Source of the DNA: Histomonas meleagridis 2922-C6/04-290x
Taxonomy: Eukaryota; Protista; Parabasalia
Reading direction: 5' to 3'
Assembly (NCBI GenBank): GCA_020184695.1
Contig: JAANOX010000156.1
Location: 1-64,000 of the forward strand
DNA length: 64,000 nucleotides
The notes under the pieces were generated by a model. That model was not told the origin of the DNA. It ran no database searches and worked only from the letters and a program-made list of their open reading frames with translations. Each line of letters opens with the position of its first letter. Positions within the stretch are counted from its first letter, which is position 1. Below are positions 1 through 11,949 of the stretch, piece by piece. Position numbers and translations under genes: made by a program.

Positions 1-463
1 GGTTGATTAACAGGTTTCCTTCTTGAATAATGCATTGATTTCGGCATAAAACTAACCCTCTTTCTTCGTTGATAAATATTGGTAGTAAAAACGAAATATG
101 TGGATCTGATGAAATAATTACCCATTGAGGTGGGACTCCTTCTTCTCCATATAAATCGGGGTTTGGGTTTGGATTATAATGAATACCACTAACAAGAAGG
201 AATTCTTGTTGAAGTGGTTCACTAAAATTTAAAATCAATTTCGTTATCTTTTTCTCGCAAATCTGAGGGGTTTCAGCAGGTGAAGGACATCGTCGTAGGT
301 GCTTCTGTATAATAGGAGATCGTTCAAGTCGTTTACGCATTTCCGAATCGTCGATATAATTTATTGATCGAAATTTCGATTCGCCAAAAAGGGTATCATT
401 AGAGTGCCCTGGGGGAGATATTTCCGAAAATCGAGTTCTCGGACGCAAAAAATCAATATTCAT
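1..463 (-). CDS. Hypothetical protein, 5' part only (runs off the window start)
   Basis: ATG at 463 and no stop in frame down to base 2 (154 codons: MNIDFLRPRTRFSEISPPG...). Absent from the ORF track because it is incomplete. No recognisable domain. Confidence 0.65.
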   Translation of the reverse strand, partial: MNIDFLRPRTRFSEISPPGHSNDTLFGESKFRSINYIDDSEMRKRLERSPIIQKHLRRCPSPAETPQICEKKITKLILNFSEPLQQEFLLVSGIHYNPNPNPDLYGEEGVPPQWVIISSDPHISFLLPIFINEERGLVLCRNQCIIQEGNLLIN

Positions 464-480
464 GAAAAATCAAAAAAAAT

Positions 481-554
481 CTCCTCCCGTGTGGATCGAA
501 CACACGACTTCCAGATTAACAGTCTGACACTCTAACCAACTGAGTTAGGGAGGA
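481..554 (-). tRNA. trnN-GTT: tRNA-Asn (GTT)
   Basis: Acceptor stem TCCTCCC/GGGAGGA, D stem ACTC/GAGT, anticodon arm TCAGA-CTGTTAA-TCTGG, T arm GTGTG-TTCGATC-CACAC, discriminator G, followed by a T8 Pol III terminator. Confidence 0.97.
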
Positions 555-720
555 AGTCTGCTTTATTTTAAAAGTATATAATAAAGTGTCAAAAACAAAT
601 GGTACGATCATTCTAACATTGTAGTACTTTACTAAATAAATTTATGAAAATTTAAAAATGACATAGAAGAACACAAAAACTAGTTTCAAACACCAAAGTC
701 TATTTTTTATTTAATTTGAT

Positions 721-3700
721 TTAAAACAAAGATCTATCATATACAGGCACTCTAATTTCAAACTTGACCACCTTTGTATGTGATTTTTTATTCTCACCGA
801 ACGAAGGTATTTGTGCCTTTTCTTTCATCTCTGTTAATTCTTTTATTACTTCCGGATTATTTAAACCAAATAAATTCAGACCGAATTTCAATTTCTTATT
901 ATCATATTCTTCGACGCCCAAAAAATTTAATAATTTTTCGGATAAACCAATTAATGAATTATCTTGTAATACAACATCACCATTATCTTCTTTTGTAGTT
1001 ACTGTAAATATTGGTTGATCACCTCCATCAGAAATTTCACATTTGTACCATTTCTTAGAAGTTGTCCCTTTATGTCCAACAAACATTCTATTACAAGCGT
1101 AACCTGGTGGGAAGATGTAATTTCGATAGAAATAATGTTGTTTTGGGACAACTTCTCCATAAGAAATAATTTTTAATCGTACTGAAGGTTTTGCAATATA
1201 TTCTGTATCATCATTTTCTTGTTTTTTGATATTTTTCTTAGTATTAATATTATTAATTCTTTTGTTAACATATTCGATAACTGAAAGTGCACGTGCAACA
1301 CGTGAACGTTCTCGATAAACATAACTTAAATCTCCAATATCTTTATTTGGTCTATTAATTTTTGTCTTATTAAATGATTCTGATGAAGCCAATTTTTCGA
1401 TAATATTTACAAATGAATTTGGTATATGTTGTCTAAATGGTAAACGTGGATCGATAACCCATTTGGATACTATAAATATACCATATTTACCGATAGAACG
1501 TATTAATGCTTCATCTTCTTCTCTTCCCCACCATTCTGGTAAATGGTTATTTCGTGGCGCATCTTTGATAAGATCCCAATGTTTAGATGTAGCTTCATTT
1601 AAGAATTCATATATTATATCCATTTCTTTAATACTTTGTTCAATTTTCCGATATTTTTTTGGTGTAATAATTGATGCAAATGGTTCTAATGATGGATAAC
1701 CATTAAAATCAATTAATTCATCATTGTTTTCTTGTTGTTCTTCATTTTCATTAATCGAATGTTCTTGAATAAATGTTATTATATCTGTTCCGACTTGTTT
1801 TACTGCTTCAACAGTTACAAAGTTTAATCCAGAGTTTTCTCGTATTAATACCCAATCAATAGTACCATCACGTTTCTTAGGTAAACCAATTGATGTAATG
1901 GTTTGAAACAATGCTTTAAATTCATGTTCATATAATATATCACGTGCCATTAAATTAGGATGCGAATTACGCCAATCTTCAGGTGACATTAATTCAATGT
2001 TTTCTGGTATGAAATATATTTTTGTATCAAATTGTTTTTCAATATCTTCAAATAAACTTTGTACTCTTTTCTCAATTGCATTTCGCTTTAAAGGTTTTGC
2101 CTTACTTAAACCTAATTCAGTATCATCAATTAATTGTACAATATCACGCCATCCATAATTGAAGACTCCAAGCATTAATGCATATTCTGATCCAGGATCT
2201 TCCCAAAGCGGAAATAATATTGGCCATTGAATATCTGTTCCTTGTACAAAACATAATGCTCTTTGTAATCGAGCGAAATATGAAACTCGTTGAATGATTT
2301 TCTTTGCTCTTTCTTCTATTGTTAAAGTAATTTCACCAAATTCTTTCATAGGATCTTCGATTTCTATTGGTGGATCATCTTCATTTTGAACTCGACCTAA
2401 TATTAACCAATGAATCATATCTAAAGAAATCGGATCATTACAACCTACTAATGATAAAGCAATCCTTAATATTATACGTGCATTATCCAAATTCTTTGGA
2501 CTCAAATCTTTAAATCCATGATCAATTAAATTTTGTATTAATTCTTTGATAAGTTTTGGATTCTCCATAAAATTCTTATTTTCATTATTTTGTCGACATT
2601 TTCGAACATGTAAATCATCATCAAATCGATCATAACTATTTGATATTGGTAAAACTTTAGACCAAAAATCGGGAGCATTAATATCTAAATCATCTTGATC
2701 TACATTAAATGAAGCTTTTGAAAATATTGATCCACCTCCTGCTACAACATCTTCTTTATAAACTGTAGCTCTTTTTGTTAATATTTGATCTATATCAGCA
2801 GAACAAAAATTATCTAATTCAGTATCATCATCATTAAATATTCCATATGCACCTTCACGTAACATTTTTTCAATTTCATCAGCTTTCATAGGAGTTTGTG
2901 TATTAAATTCTCCTCCATCTAATATTACATGATCTAAACCTAATTTTTTAGATGCACGTTCAAACATTTGACTTTCATAAGTACCCCTAGTAATTAAACG
3001 ATAAACTTTTACAACTGATTTTTGTCCAATTCGATGACATCTAGCTTGAGCTTGAATATCATTTTGAGGGTTCCAATCACTATCATAAATGATAACTATA
3101 TTAGCAGCTGTTAAATTAATTCCTACTCCACCAGCTTTAGTAGATAATAAAAAGATAAATCGATCAGGATCTTCATTAAATCGATTAATAGCTGATTCTC
3201 GATCATTTTTAGCGATTGATCCGTCAATTCTTTCATATGTATAATGTTTATTATTTAAATAATCTTCAATAATATCTAATATTCGTACCATTTGTGAAAA
3301 GATTAATACTTTATGTCCATCAGCTTTAAGTTTTGGTAATAATTTATCAATTAATATCATTTTCCCAGCAGATTCAACTATAGCTCTTTGTTTAATTTCA
3401 GTATTTGTAAGTAATACTAAATTTGGATTATTTTCACGCATTTCTTTAATAACTCCATCTTCTGCATCATGAATTAAAAATGGATGATTACATACTTTCC
3501 TTAATTGCATCATTAAATTTTGTAATGATGGAAGTTCCTTTGATCCTGTAATTTGTTGTAATAAAATTCCTGCATTTTCATGTAAAAATGCTTTATATAA
3601 TTTCTTTTGAATTCGTGTTAATTCGACTTGAATTATAGTTTCTTCTTTAGGTAAAATTGCTTTTTCTACATCACCTTTCTTTCTTCTTAACATTATATTA

Positions 3701-5271
3701 CCAATTAACTTTTGTATTTCTTTTACTTGTGCACTATCTTCCATATTTCCATAAGATTTCATGAACCCATTTAAATCATTAAATTTCTCCGGATTTAAGA
3801 AATGTAATAATGACCATAACTCAGTCATGTCATTTTGTAATGGCGTACCTGTTAATAATGTACAATGTTCAAATGTTAAACTTTGCATTAATTGATATAT
3901 TTTTGTTTTATAATTCTTTAATTTATGTCCCTCATCTACAACTAAATATCTCCATTCAATACTTTGTAATAATTTATATTCAGTTCGAAAAATATCATAA
4001 TTAGTAACCATAACATCAAACGCTACACGTGTAGGTATAATTCTTGCTCGTTCATCAAAAACTTGAATCTCATATTCGATAATCATTTTACGTGATTCAC
4101 TATCTCCATGAAATACAATACAATTTAAATCAGTCCATCGTTCAAATTCATTTTTCCAATGTGGTAATGTTGATAATGGCGCTACAACTAAAAATGGTCC
4201 AGTAATTTTTTCTCGTGTTGCTAATGTATTTAACATACAGACTAATTGCGCTGTCTTTCCAAGTCCCATTTCATCAGCTAAAATAGAATTACGTCGATTA
4301 TACCAACAAAAAAGTAACCAATTAAGTCCTTCAAGTTGATATTCGCGAAGTGTCGTCCCAACTTTAGAATTAACAGGCTCGGTGATAGCTTCATACTTAT
4401 TGGGTGGTGGATGTTTATATCTTGTTGGAATTTTCTTTGGATTACTATGGCGTAAACGGTTTCTGTATTCCTCAATTTTTGCTTTGTCTTTAATATCTTC
4501 CTCAAGTTCCCACGTCGATTCAATATAATCAAGTGATTTCCATTTAACAAGATATTCAACTTTTCCGGGTTTTTCACATGCATCATTTATGATGCGATCA
4601 ACTTCATACCAATCAGAATTGACAATGGTTTCATCGTAAGAAACAAGTGATGGAATGGAAAGAGAATGTGTCATTATTGAATTACTAGAACGAGTTTTAA
4701 ATCGCCGTAATGCAGCTTCACCACCTTCAAGTGAATTAATTTGTTCTTCATTAAGCCACTTACAATGTATATAAGATTTTTCATGGAATTTGACATAATA
4801 TAAGGTCTCATCATTTTGAGAGTCAAAATCTTCTTTGATCCCAAGAATGTTTTGTACTATATCTGGCTCCTTTTCTTCTTCTTCTTCATTTTCTTCATCT
4901 CTAAATTCTTCATCATTGTAAGAATAATCTGATGATTCTTGTTTAACTGGCTTTTTTTTTGGCTTACTTTTCTTTTTGTTTTGCTTTTTTTTCTTTTTTG
5001 GGGGTTCTTCATCACTTGAAAATTTAACTTTTTTAATTTTACGCATTGATGATGAATAAACAACATCAGAACTTTCCAATGACTCTGAATAAGATTCTTC
5101 CTCTGTTTCTGCTTGTTCATGTTTTTCTGTTTCAGAATTTGAAGCATTGCTTGGAATTGATTTATCTGATTCAGATTCACTTGAAGAGTCTCTCAATGCT
5201 TGGGACCATAAACTTTGTTCACTATAATTAACTTTTTTTGTCGTGCGCTTACTCCTACCCCAAGCAATCAT
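721..5271 (-). CDS. CHD-family (CHD6-9-like) SNF2 chromatin remodeler with tandem chromodomains and a C-terminal FYRN/FYRC domain
   Basis: Two chromodomains (YYVKFHEKSYIHCKW; YEVDRII...YLVKWKSLDYIESTWE); helicase motifs LADEMGLGKT, DEGH, SDWNPQNDIQAQARCHRIGQ; subfamily-III-like EKAILPKEETIIQVELT; FYR-like tail (ISYGEV...IFPPGY...YKCEISDGGDQPIF...LFGLNNPEV). First ATG is at 5271; the ORF track used an upstream non-ATG start. Confidence 0.95.
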   Translation of the reverse strand: MIAWGRSKRTTKKVNYSEQSLWSQALRDSSSESESDKSIPSNASNSETEKHEQAETEEESYSESLESSDVVYSSSMRKIKKVKFSSDEEPPKKKKKQNKKKSKPKKKPVKQESSDYSYNDEEFRDEENEEEEEKEPDIVQNILGIKEDFDSQNDETLYYVKFHEKSYIHCKWLNEEQINSLEGGEAALRRFKTRSSNSIMTHSLSIPSLVSYDETIVNSDWYEVDRIINDACEKPGKVEYLVKWKSLDYIESTWELEEDIKDKAKIEEYRNRLRHSNPKKIPTRYKHPPPNKYEAITEPVNSKVGTTLREYQLEGLNWLLFCWYNRRNSILADEMGLGKTAQLVCMLNTLATREKITGPFLVVAPLSTLPHWKNEFERWTDLNCIVFHGDSESRKMIIEYEIQVFDERARIIPTRVAFDVMVTNYDIFRTEYKLLQSIEWRYLVVDEGHKLKNYKTKIYQLMQSLTFEHCTLLTGTPLQNDMTELWSLLHFLNPEKFNDLNGFMKSYGNMEDSAQVKEIQKLIGNIMLRRKKGDVEKAILPKEETIIQVELTRIQKKLYKAFLHENAGILLQQITGSKELPSLQNLMMQLRKVCNHPFLIHDAEDGVIKEMRENNPNLVLLTNTEIKQRAIVESAGKMILIDKLLPKLKADGHKVLIFSQMVRILDIIEDYLNNKHYTYERIDGSIAKNDRESAINRFNEDPDRFIFLLSTKAGGVGINLTAANIVIIYDSDWNPQNDIQAQARCHRIGQKSVVKVYRLITRGTYESQMFERASKKLGLDHVILDGGEFNTQTPMKADEIEKMLREGAYGIFNDDDTELDNFCSADIDQILTKRATVYKEDVVAGGGSIFSKASFNVDQDDLDINAPDFWSKVLPISNSYDRFDDDLHVRKCRQNNENKNFMENPKLIKELIQNLIDHGFKDLSPKNLDNARIILRIALSLVGCNDPISLDMIHWLILGRVQNEDDPPIEIEDPMKEFGEITLTIEERAKKIIQRVSYFARLQRALCFVQGTDIQWPILFPLWEDPGSEYALMLGVFNYGWRDIVQLIDDTELGLSKAKPLKRNAIEKRVQSLFEDIEKQFDTKIYFIPENIELMSPEDWRNSHPNLMARDILYEHEFKALFQTITSIGLPKKRDGTIDWVLIRENSGLNFVTVEAVKQVGTDIITFIQEHSINENEEQQENNDELIDFNGYPSLEPFASIITPKKYRKIEQSIKEMDIIYEFLNEATSKHWDLIKDAPRNNHLPEWWGREEDEALIRSIGKYGIFIVSKWVIDPRLPFRQHIPNSFVNIIEKLASSESFNKTKINRPNKDIGDLSYVYRERSRVARALSVIEYVNKRINNINTKKNIKKQENDDTEYIAKPSVRLKIISYGEVVPKQHYFYRNYIFPPGYACNRMFVGHKGTTSKKWYKCEISDGGDQPIFTVTTKEDNGDVVLQDNSLIGLSEKLLNFLGVEEYDNKKLKFGLNLFGLNNPEVIKELTEMKEKAQIPSFGENKKSHTKVVKFEIRVPVYDRSLF

Positions 5272-6024
5272 GATATTTTTGGAATGGCGGCCAAATAATA
5301 ATAAACTATTCAAATAAAAAAATTAAACGTACAATATAGACAAAAAAATTTTTGGATGAAATGAGAACGGGTCCCATCTATAGATTTCGATTATTTCATT
5401 GATAAGAATATAAACATATAGTTTACTTTCATTGTATATAATTTTTATTCTTGTAGTCACTTTATGCAATTAATGAGAGCACATTTAAGAAACTTGAGAA
5501 GAAATTATTAAACATTGAATAAAAAAAAGTTCTCTTGAATTTTTTCAATTTATAAATAATTTAAATTCAAAATAATTATAAACATATTTATATCATAACA
5601 CACAACAAATCCCAATTTCCTGATCTTCTTATCCCTTTTCCAAGTTTTAGAGAAATAAGATTATAAAATCTGATCTTCATAAATATTTGGAAGTCTATTA
5701 AAATGTGACTTTTTGCCACTTATTCCGTTTTTTGAAATTAGTAATAAATCTTCACTGCAATAATTTGAATAAAAATCAAAATAAAATTGCATTACAACTT
5801 CTTTGAAATCTGCATTGGTAAAATAATTATTAGTGACTAAGTATTTTTTTCGAATATAATTATTATATAATAATTTCTTTTTTCTCATTTGCTAGCAGAA
5901 TATCAAATTTGATATCACTCAAAGTGTGAGTTCACCCACCACGAAACGTTCTGCTCAGTGACACTGTTGTAGAGCCTTCACTGTATACTCATCTTCCCTT
6001 CTCTATCCTTTGTTGAAGTGATTA

Positions 6025-7289
6025 CAGAGGTATAAAAGAGGAAAATTAACGTCCACACTCACAACTTTTTGAATGAAATAAAAATTTTTCAAAATGAAAA
6101 TATCTTGGTTTTTACTTGAATAATTATAAGATAAGATATAAAATTTATAACAAATAAAGTTTTATACAATAAAATTTTAAAATATATTTCATCTAATTTT
6201 GATATTCATTTAGAATTATATTATATCGAATATAGCGTTTCACAAAACGATAGACCAGTAACTGATCGAAAATTGGTTAAAAAGTCAATTTAATAACCAA
6301 AAAGTGTCATTTAATAATTTGTTATTTTGTGAAACCGAATTTATTTCATAAATGTTTAGTAACCATTTGGAGCGCCATTTAGTGCAATAACACGAATTAA
6401 TCTATCTGGCATTGAGTCAATGAGATTTTTGATTGTTTTCTCTTCTATGGTTTCCCATACTTGAAAAACAATTTCGATCAGATTCTCAATTGTGTCAGGT
6501 TTTGCCGGCCAGTTTGGCAATACATTACACATTAGCTTCAAATAATCCATGGTTGAAGCACATGTGTGAATTGCTGCCCCGTCTTGCATTAATTTCCATT
6601 GACCCACGCCATATGCTTCATTCATGCCTCATCAATGTTAATGATTAGTTCTGTTGGTACATTTTCGATATACTTTTTTAAGTGAGATATATGTTTTTCG
6701 GCAATATCCTTCGAAACTGTCAATCGCACTTCTACCTGTGGATATGCCACCCCCAAAGCAATTTTGTCTTCATGTCTTTTGATAAAGTTCACATGCCACG
6801 AACTGGAAACCAAAACATCAAATTGATCAAAAATATAATTTTTAATTTCTCTTGGTGTCATGGCATCATTATCACACGCGCGTACCAAAATTACATTTAA
6901 CACCTTGATTTCTTGTTCGTTTGTTAATGATGTTGGTCTTCCAGATGGTTTTTTATTCTATGATTCCTGAGATTTTTTGACAAATTTGAAGAATCGACTT
7001 CATTATATCGTGCAACACGTCTTATTGAAACATTTATCTCAAGGTCATTGCGCAAAACATATAATAATGTCATTGCTTGTTCGATTCTATATAAATAATA
7101 ATTTTTTTCAAGTAGTCGAATTGCAAATCTAACGTCAGTTTTGGATAGCTCCTTTGCCAGATTTTGGTACAGAATGCTAGAATCTAGTGGAGGATGGATG
7201 GTTCCTGGTTTCATCATTTTTTGCAAAATAACAAAAAAATAAACGTCTTTTAACGTGCAAAAAGTGCGGAACCCTTTTTTAAACCTCTG
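6025..7289 (-). mobile_element. pogo/Tigger-like DNA transposon, internally deleted
   Basis: TA on both sides (6023-6024, 7290-7291). Termini CAGAGGTATAAAAGAGG and CAGAGGTTTAAAAAAGG (14/17 identical, inverted). ORF pieces 6924-7295 and 6622-6903 give HTH, CENP-B-like HTH and the first catalytic motif (NIDEA); homologous to 18296-18964. Confidence 0.8.
6233..6625 (-). mobile_element. Tc1-type transposase 3' remnant nested in the pogo element
   Basis: LMQDGAAIHT...NWPA...LIDSMPDRLIRVIALNG, a Tc1 C-terminus with the SPDLNPIE segment deleted. TA-TAGCGTTTCACAAAA candidate terminus at 6231-6247. Confidence 0.7.
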
Positions 7290-7291
7290 TA

Positions 7292-7420
7292 CCACAACAT
7301 GAGGTACCTTACGTTAAACAATAGATCAAGAATGGAAAATTGTTTCCAAATACAATCAGAACATTTAGGTACAAGTTAAATGTTTCAGGAAGGGAGGAGC
7401 TCATGCAGCATCATTATCAC
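7292..7420 (+). pseudogene. Tyrosine recombinase C-terminal remnant (YR5)
   Basis: Frame from 7381 reads CFRKGGAHAASL, matching SFRKGAAHEASL (50001-50233) and CFRRGAAYYASL (28540-29337). Confidence 0.5.
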
Positions 7421-7598
7421 CAGAAATCCCTTTTATAAAACGTTTTATAAATTCCTATTTTTGGAATGTGTATCTGGTTTAGCTATAGTGGCTGAAGCTC
7501 CCGGCCTTCGGGATATAATGCGCGTTATATACCTTTTTAATTTAGCTTCATGACTGAAATAGAAATGCAAATTTAAAATTACTATTTATAAATAATCA

Positions 7599-7656
7599 TA
7601 AAAATAAAAAAAAAAATAAAAATAAAAATAAAAATAAAAATAAAATAAAAAAAAAA
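7599..7656. repeat. (TAAAAA)n-like low-complexity A tract
   Basis: Visible AAAATA periodicity just downstream of the PCI gene stop. Confidence 0.8.
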
Positions 7657-7666
7657 TGTGATTTGT

Positions 7667-8689
7667 TTATTCAATCACGAATGATGATAATAATTTGATT
7701 TCGTCTTCTATCTTATTGTTAATGCAGACTCCGGCGAAAGAAACTATGTCATCTTTGATTGTGATATTAATTTCACCAGATTTCCGGAGATGATTAATGA
7801 TTGGTTCAATTTCCTCAACTCCGCAAAGTGCTTTAATTTGCTCTAAAGGAACGACTGTCATTGTGTTCGCTGCATCGACTAAAACACGTATAGCATGTTC
7901 AATAGTAAGTTCTTTTGCGAAAATTTTCAAAAATTTATCTTTGCATTCAATTGGTGAATCAAGCTTCCAAATAGGATCTTTCTCACGGATAGTACGGAAC
8001 TTGGGCTTCAAACGTGAAATAAAAACTTCATAAGATGTATGGTTCAAAAATGAAGCAATGGATAATTTGGAAATGATTTGTTGCCTTACATCTTTAGCAT
8101 GCTTTGATAAAAGAAGAGAGTGTATAAGATCTGATTCAGCACGAGAGTATTCCTTGAGCAAAAGTCTATTGATTCCACTATAATAAAAATTCAATACATC
8201 AACGCGGCCAACCCCGGTAACAATTGGGTCAACACTGTTGTCTGGATGTTTAGATTGGCATAGGTAATAAAGGTAAGCAGTTGTATATAATACTTTATCA
8301 AATTCATATAATTGTTTCATTATTTTTGGCACTTCTGGATCTTTTATATAATCAGTTTCTGCAAGGGCGCGTACATATTTCATGGAAAGACCAATCTTTG
8401 TTGAATATTCTTTGTATGTTTTTTTGGAAATTATATGTTTGTAAAGGACAAATTCTCCAAAAATCTGAAGGAACAGTTTTGCGCCTTGTGGCAAAGGAAT
8501 TAAAATACATAATCCCATAATTTGTTCTGGTGTCAAGCTTTTTATTGTTTTTTCATCTAATGATAAAAAAACTTTATTAAATTTTCCGCTTTTCGACAAC
8601 TTAATTTCCGTACCTAAGCTAAGAAGATCTTCAGGCGATTTTAATTTTGCTAAAGCTTGTTGAAGGTTGCTTTGGTATCCTGGTTCCAT
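7667..8689 (-). CDS. PCI-domain protein (CSN3/Rpn3-like)
   Basis: NFYYSGINRLLLKEYSRAESDLIHSL resembles the CSN3/Rpn3 helical repeat; C-terminal winged helix (TMTVVPLEQIKALCG...SGEINITIKDDIVSF). Start set at ATG 8689 because TCATT lies 6 nt upstream. Confidence 0.8.
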   Translation of the reverse strand: MEPGYQSNLQQALAKLKSPEDLLSLGTEIKLSKSGKFNKVFLSLDEKTIKSLTPEQIMGLCILIPLPQGAKLFLQIFGEFVLYKHIISKKTYKEYSTKIGLSMKYVRALAETDYIKDPEVPKIMKQLYEFDKVLYTTAYLYYLCQSKHPDNSVDPIVTGVGRVDVLNFYYSGINRLLLKEYSRAESDLIHSLLLSKHAKDVRQQIISKLSIASFLNHTSYEVFISRLKPKFRTIREKDPIWKLDSPIECKDKFLKIFAKELTIEHAIRVLVDAANTMTVVPLEQIKALCGVEEIEPIINHLRKSGEINITIKDDIVSFAGVCINNKIEDEIKLLSSFVIE

Positions 8690-8695
8690 TAAAAT

Positions 8696-8700
8696 AATGA
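8696..8700 (-). promoter_or_regulatory. Parabasalid-type initiator (Inr, TCATT)
   Basis: TCATTATTTTAATG; fits the Trichomonas TCAYW Inr a few nt before the ATG. Confidence 0.6.
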
Positions 8701-9058
8701 CAATTAACGTTCTCCTTGGACTATTTGACATTTTCAACAATTTCGTTTTGTATGGTTTACTGGGGTGCCCCTTCCAAACCATCAAGAAACTTCCCTGTTT
8801 TAAGTCTGAGATATTTTTCTATTCAACATTACTTTACGCAAGCAAAATATTTAAAGTTTTTAAATCCATAGCAAGCTTTCTTTACAATTACATTTGCAAA
8901 TTATCTTGCATGGCCCACAAGCAGTGCACGCTGGAATTATTTGACGCCATTTTAAAATAAAGATACTAAACAAATCTAGTCAAAATTGTATTATCGTCTT
9001 ATGACACTTTTCAAATGAATTGTTTTTGAATATTTTACACATTACAATCTACAAAATT

Positions 9059-10963
9059 ATGGAATTTCTTCATCAACTTCAAGCTCAACAAGCAAATTTT
9101 CTTACCCAAATTTCGCAAAAAAAAGAAGAAATTCAATACTTACTAAATTTTCAATTAGGAAATTCATCTGTTATGAATCAAATGATCAAATCTATCAAGT
9201 ATAAAATTAATCCAATTATTGAAACCATTCTGAATGAGTTAGCGAATTCAAATGAAGAAAATGTAAGATTGACATGTAAAGCAGAAAATGCCACAAATCA
9301 ATCCCTTCTTTATCTCAAAGCATTTTCCGAGATTTCTTCATACATATCAAAACTTCAATCAAACTACTCACAGTTGTGGTCAATTTCTGTGTCTCTTGCC
9401 AAACTCTTAATTTCGAGTGATAAAGATTATCAAATACTTAAATCCAAACTTAATGATTATTCTGGTCATATAAAATTATTAATCAACAGGATTCACAAAC
9501 TTGAATGCGAGTTATTAACTGCCAATAAACGTGAAGAATGGATCCTCCAAGAAATTCAAGAACTTTTTACGTCGCCCAATCTTCTTATTAATGCCCAAAA
9601 CTCGTTTAATTTACTTTGTGCTTCTATAAGCAAAGAGAACGAAGCCAAACTTTCTGAGTACGAATCACAAATTGCATCATTAAATCAGAAATATAAAGAC
9701 TCCACAGAAGCGTCAATCAAATTACAAGCAGAGTGTGATGAAAAGATACGAATTCTTGAAGAAGAAAACAGCGCTCTTAAAGAAAAGAATTTATTATCTG
9801 ATAAATCCAATGAAAAATTCAAAAATGAACTTCAAGAACTTCATACCTCATTAGAAATCTTACACGAGAAAGCCGATCGAGCTGAAATCTTAGACACTGC
9901 CATTGATAAGTTCTGTTCTAAATGTCCGTATATATATTTTGATGGTGTTAATCTTCAATATAAAGTTGGGACAACATTAACGCAAGAAAATGCACTTGAA
10001 TCGGCATTAGAATCCATACGGAAAGAGAACAAAGAACTTCAACAAGAGATTCAAAAACTTAAAACTAACACGCAAAAAATTTCGGCGCATTATCAATCTG
10101 ATATTGATGAACTTCGTAGTAATACATCCAAAGAAATACATTCGTTACGGAAAGCATTAGAAACATCACAAACTTCATGCGAAAATGCATTAGCTGAAAC
10201 GCAACAATTAAATTTCGAAATCAAACAATTAAATTATGAAAAACAACGAGTTGAAAAACAATTAAAAAGTTTTCAAGAACAAAATCAAGAACTTAAACTT
10301 AAAAGTCAAGAAATTAAACAAAACCAAAAGAAAATTATTTCGAATTATCAAAAGAATCTTCCAACTTTAACAAGTATTTCATCTGAATCTGTATTATTTC
10401 CACAGATTAATATCCCTTCATTAGATAATGCTGATATTATATATAAAGAAGCAAACGAAACACTTACAAAAGATAATGAACAACTTAAAAAAGAAATCAA
10501 AAAATTAAAAAAGGAAATAATTGAATTAAAATCAAATAAAGAAGAAAAAACTGAAAAGATCGGAAATGTTATAAATGAGAATAAAATAGAAGAACTTGAA
10601 AATGAATTAAAAGTTTCTCAAGATAAAATAAATGAACTTCAACAAAAGATTGTCGGAATAGAAACAGATAAAGAGAAGTCACAAACAGAAATTAATGATT
10701 TAAATGAAAAAAATAATAAGTTGAAAAAAGCTTATCAAAGATATAAAAAAGATGTTAACTTACAAATAGATAGTTATAAAAATGAAATTCTTCAATTAAA
10801 ATTACAAATTGAGGATTTGGCTTACAGAAATGATCAAACAAGTGACGATGAAATGCCGCATAGAGAACCGCCAGAATTGTCTGATCCTGACTTAGATGAG
10901 ACACGTGAAATTGTGGAAGAAGAAAATGAAAATAAAAATGAAAATGAAACAGAGAATAAATAA
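9059..10963 (+). CDS. Long coiled-coil protein, function unknown (634 aa from ATG 9059)
   Basis: Uninterrupted ORF, heptad-like E/K/Q/L-rich sequence, acidic tail; divergent from the PCI gene. Confidence 0.85.
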   Translation: MEFLHQLQAQQANFLTQISQKKEEIQYLLNFQLGNSSVMNQMIKSIKYKINPIIETILNELANSNEENVRLTCKAENATNQSLLYLKAFSEISSYISKLQSNYSQLWSISVSLAKLLISSDKDYQILKSKLNDYSGHIKLLINRIHKLECELLTANKREEWILQEIQELFTSPNLLINAQNSFNLLCASISKENEAKLSEYESQIASLNQKYKDSTEASIKLQAECDEKIRILEEENSALKEKNLLSDKSNEKFKNELQELHTSLEILHEKADRAEILDTAIDKFCSKCPYIYFDGVNLQYKVGTTLTQENALESALESIRKENKELQQEIQKLKTNTQKISAHYQSDIDELRSNTSKEIHSLRKALETSQTSCENALAETQQLNFEIKQLNYEKQRVEKQLKSFQEQNQELKLKSQEIKQNQKKIISNYQKNLPTLTSISSESVLFPQINIPSLDNADIIYKEANETLTKDNEQLKKEIKKLKKEIIELKSNKEEKTEKIGNVINENKIEELENELKVSQDKINELQQKIVGIETDKEKSQTEINDLNEKNNKLKKAYQRYKKDVNLQIDSYKNEILQLKLQIEDLAYRNDQTSDDEMPHREPPELSDPDLDETREIVEEENENKNENETENK

Positions 10964-11030
10964 ATTTTATATTAAATAAACATTAAAGATATTATTATGT
11001 ATGGAGTTTGTGTCTCAGTTTTCATTTTAA

Positions 11031-11949
<919 letters not shown>

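Noticed and set aside
764-5231. Short ORFs antisense to or overlapping the CHD gene, and similar ones within other long genes
   Set aside because: Shadow ORFs with no motifs and mostly non-ATG starts.
10930-11028. Inverted similarity between the coiled-coil gene end and its 3' flank
   Set aside because: Short, A/T-rich and imperfect; compatible with chance.
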